32,000 nt of DNA, from contig NC_019954.2 of assembly GCF_000328765.2 (NCBI RefSeq), positions 1,624,516 through 1,656,515 on the forward strand, read 5' to 3'. This DNA is from Tepidanaerobacter acetatoxydans Re1 (GTDB taxonomy: Bacteria > Bacillota > Thermosediminibacteria > Thermosediminibacterales > Tepidanaerobacteraceae). Numbering within the stretch: the first letter of the stretch is position 1; the number at the start of each line of letters is the position of its first letter. The notes under the pieces are model-generated. The model worked only from the letters and a program-made list of their open reading frames with translations, ran no database searches and was not told where the DNA came from. The translations under genes and the position numbers were made by a program. Below, piece after piece: positions 31,103 to 32,000 of the stretch.

Positions 31103-32000
31103 TTAATCGGGCTGAACTGTTTCAATGTAAACAAACTTACCATCTTTTACCTGTTTTATCACTGCGCTTTTATTGGCATCTCCATTTTCATCAAGGGAAA
31201 TTATACCGGTTGCACCTTCAAAGTTTTGAATTTTAGCAATTTCATCCCTTATAGCCTGCGGATCTGCAGAACCGGCCTTTTCAATTGCTTCTCTGGCTAC
31301 GAGATAGGCATCAAAACCTAAAGCTGCAAAAGCACTGGGAGGTTGACCATATTTTTTCTCAAAGGCATCTAAAAATTCTTTTGAAACCTCGGTAACTGGA
31401 GCTTCAGCTGTATAGTGGGTACTAAACGATACTCCCTCAACTTCTTTGCCGCCTATATCTATAAATTCCGGTGCTTCATAGGTATCTCCGCCAAGAAATG
31501 GTGCAGTAATTCCCAAGTCTCTTGCCTGTTTTATAAGCAAAGCGGATTCACCATAATTACCAGGAGCAAAAATTACATCAGGTTTTAAATCTTTTATTGC
31601 AGTCAGCTGTGCCGAGAAATCCTGGTCATTTGTCTTATATTTCGTTTCAGCAACAATGGCATCTTTATCTCCGGTTAGCTCTATAAAAGCCTCTCTGAAG
31701 AAATTAGAAAGACCTACCGAGTAATCATTTGCCATGTCCATTATTATGGCGGCCTTTTTGGCTTTTAGTGTATTGAATGCGTATTTTGCCATTACTTTAC
31801 CCTGAAATGGATCTATGAAACACACCCTAAAATAATAGTCATTGTCAAGGGTAACAAGAGGATTTGTTGGTGAACATCCAATTGCCGGGACTTTTTTCTC
31901 TTTAGCAACTTGTCCTCCAGCCATTGAATTTGAACTGCCGTAGGAACCGATTATTACACAGACTTTATCTTTTTCAATCAAGCGCGCAACGGCATTAGCA
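31103..32000 (-). CDS. livJ: Branched-chain amino acid ABC transporter substrate-binding protein (LivJ/LivK type); 5' end outside the window
   Basis: Type I periplasmic-binding fold sequence (VIIGSYGSSNSMAGGQVAKEKKVPAIGCSPTNPLVT...). The frame stays open past the track start at 31981 to the window end (ANAVARLIEKDKV...), so the true N-terminus lies beyond position 32000. Confidence 0.85.
   Translation of the reverse strand, partial: ANAVARLIEKDKVCVIIGSYGSSNSMAGGQVAKEKKVPAIGCSPTNPLVTLDNDYYFRVCFIDPFQGKVMAKYAFNTLKAKKAAIIMDMANDYSVGLSNFFREAFIELTGDKDAIVAETKYKTNDQDFSAQLTAIKDLKPDVIFAPGNYGESALLIKQARDLGITAPFLGGDTYEAPEFIDIGGKEVEGVSFSTHYTAEAPVTEVSKEFLDAFEKKYGQPPSAFAALGFDAYLVAREAIEKAGSADPQAIRDEIAKIQNFEGATGIISLDENGDANKSAVIKQVKDGKFVYIETVQPD

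Noticed and set aside
1-32000. Looked for CRISPR repeats, tandem or dispersed long repeats, IS or transposase genes, integrases, phage genes, restriction-modification, toxin-antitoxin and other defence genes
   Set aside because: I found none. Every ORF of 100 aa or more that is not a shadow ORF has a plausible housekeeping, transport or catabolic assignment. I saw no periodic repeat structure by eye. A computational repeat or self-dot-plot search would be needed to exclude short dispersed repeats.

Overview
AT-rich, densely coding chromosomal segment that looks like a spore-forming Firmicutes/Clostridia genome: strong GGAGG-type Shine-Dalgarno sites, TTG/GTG starts, CotF-like coat genes, and about 30 of 36 genes on the minus strand. 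I read four blocks. (1) 1-10850 is a catabolic island of unknown substrate. It holds five translationally coupled flavin/iron-sulfur dehydrogenase ORFs, a two-Cys racemase-like gene, a Gfo/Idh/MocA oxidoreductase, a ROK regulator, a TRAP transporter (DctPQM) and an M24 hydrolase-like gene cut by the window edge. (2) 11250-25483 is housekeeping: cysteine desulfurase-thiI, two CotF-like genes, queG, a DUF896 gene, pncA-like, azlCD, a stand-alone tRNA-Leu(GAG), an orphan family-5 solute-binding lipoprotein, NAPRT, DUF441, a lytic transglycosylase, coaE and polA. (3) 25571-27438 is an ECF sigma factor with a zinc-motif anti-sigma factor fused to a DUF4349-like domain. (4) 27594-32000 is a branched-chain amino acid ABC operon (livJHMGF order; livJ runs off the window). 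I found no CRISPR array, transposase, integrase, phage gene, toxin-antitoxin pair or recognisable defence system. The most interesting material is the split five-subunit dehydrogenase island and a sigma-54-type -24/-12 motif with an upstream inverted repeat in front of it. All functional calls rest on my reading of the translated ORFs and motifs; no database search was run.
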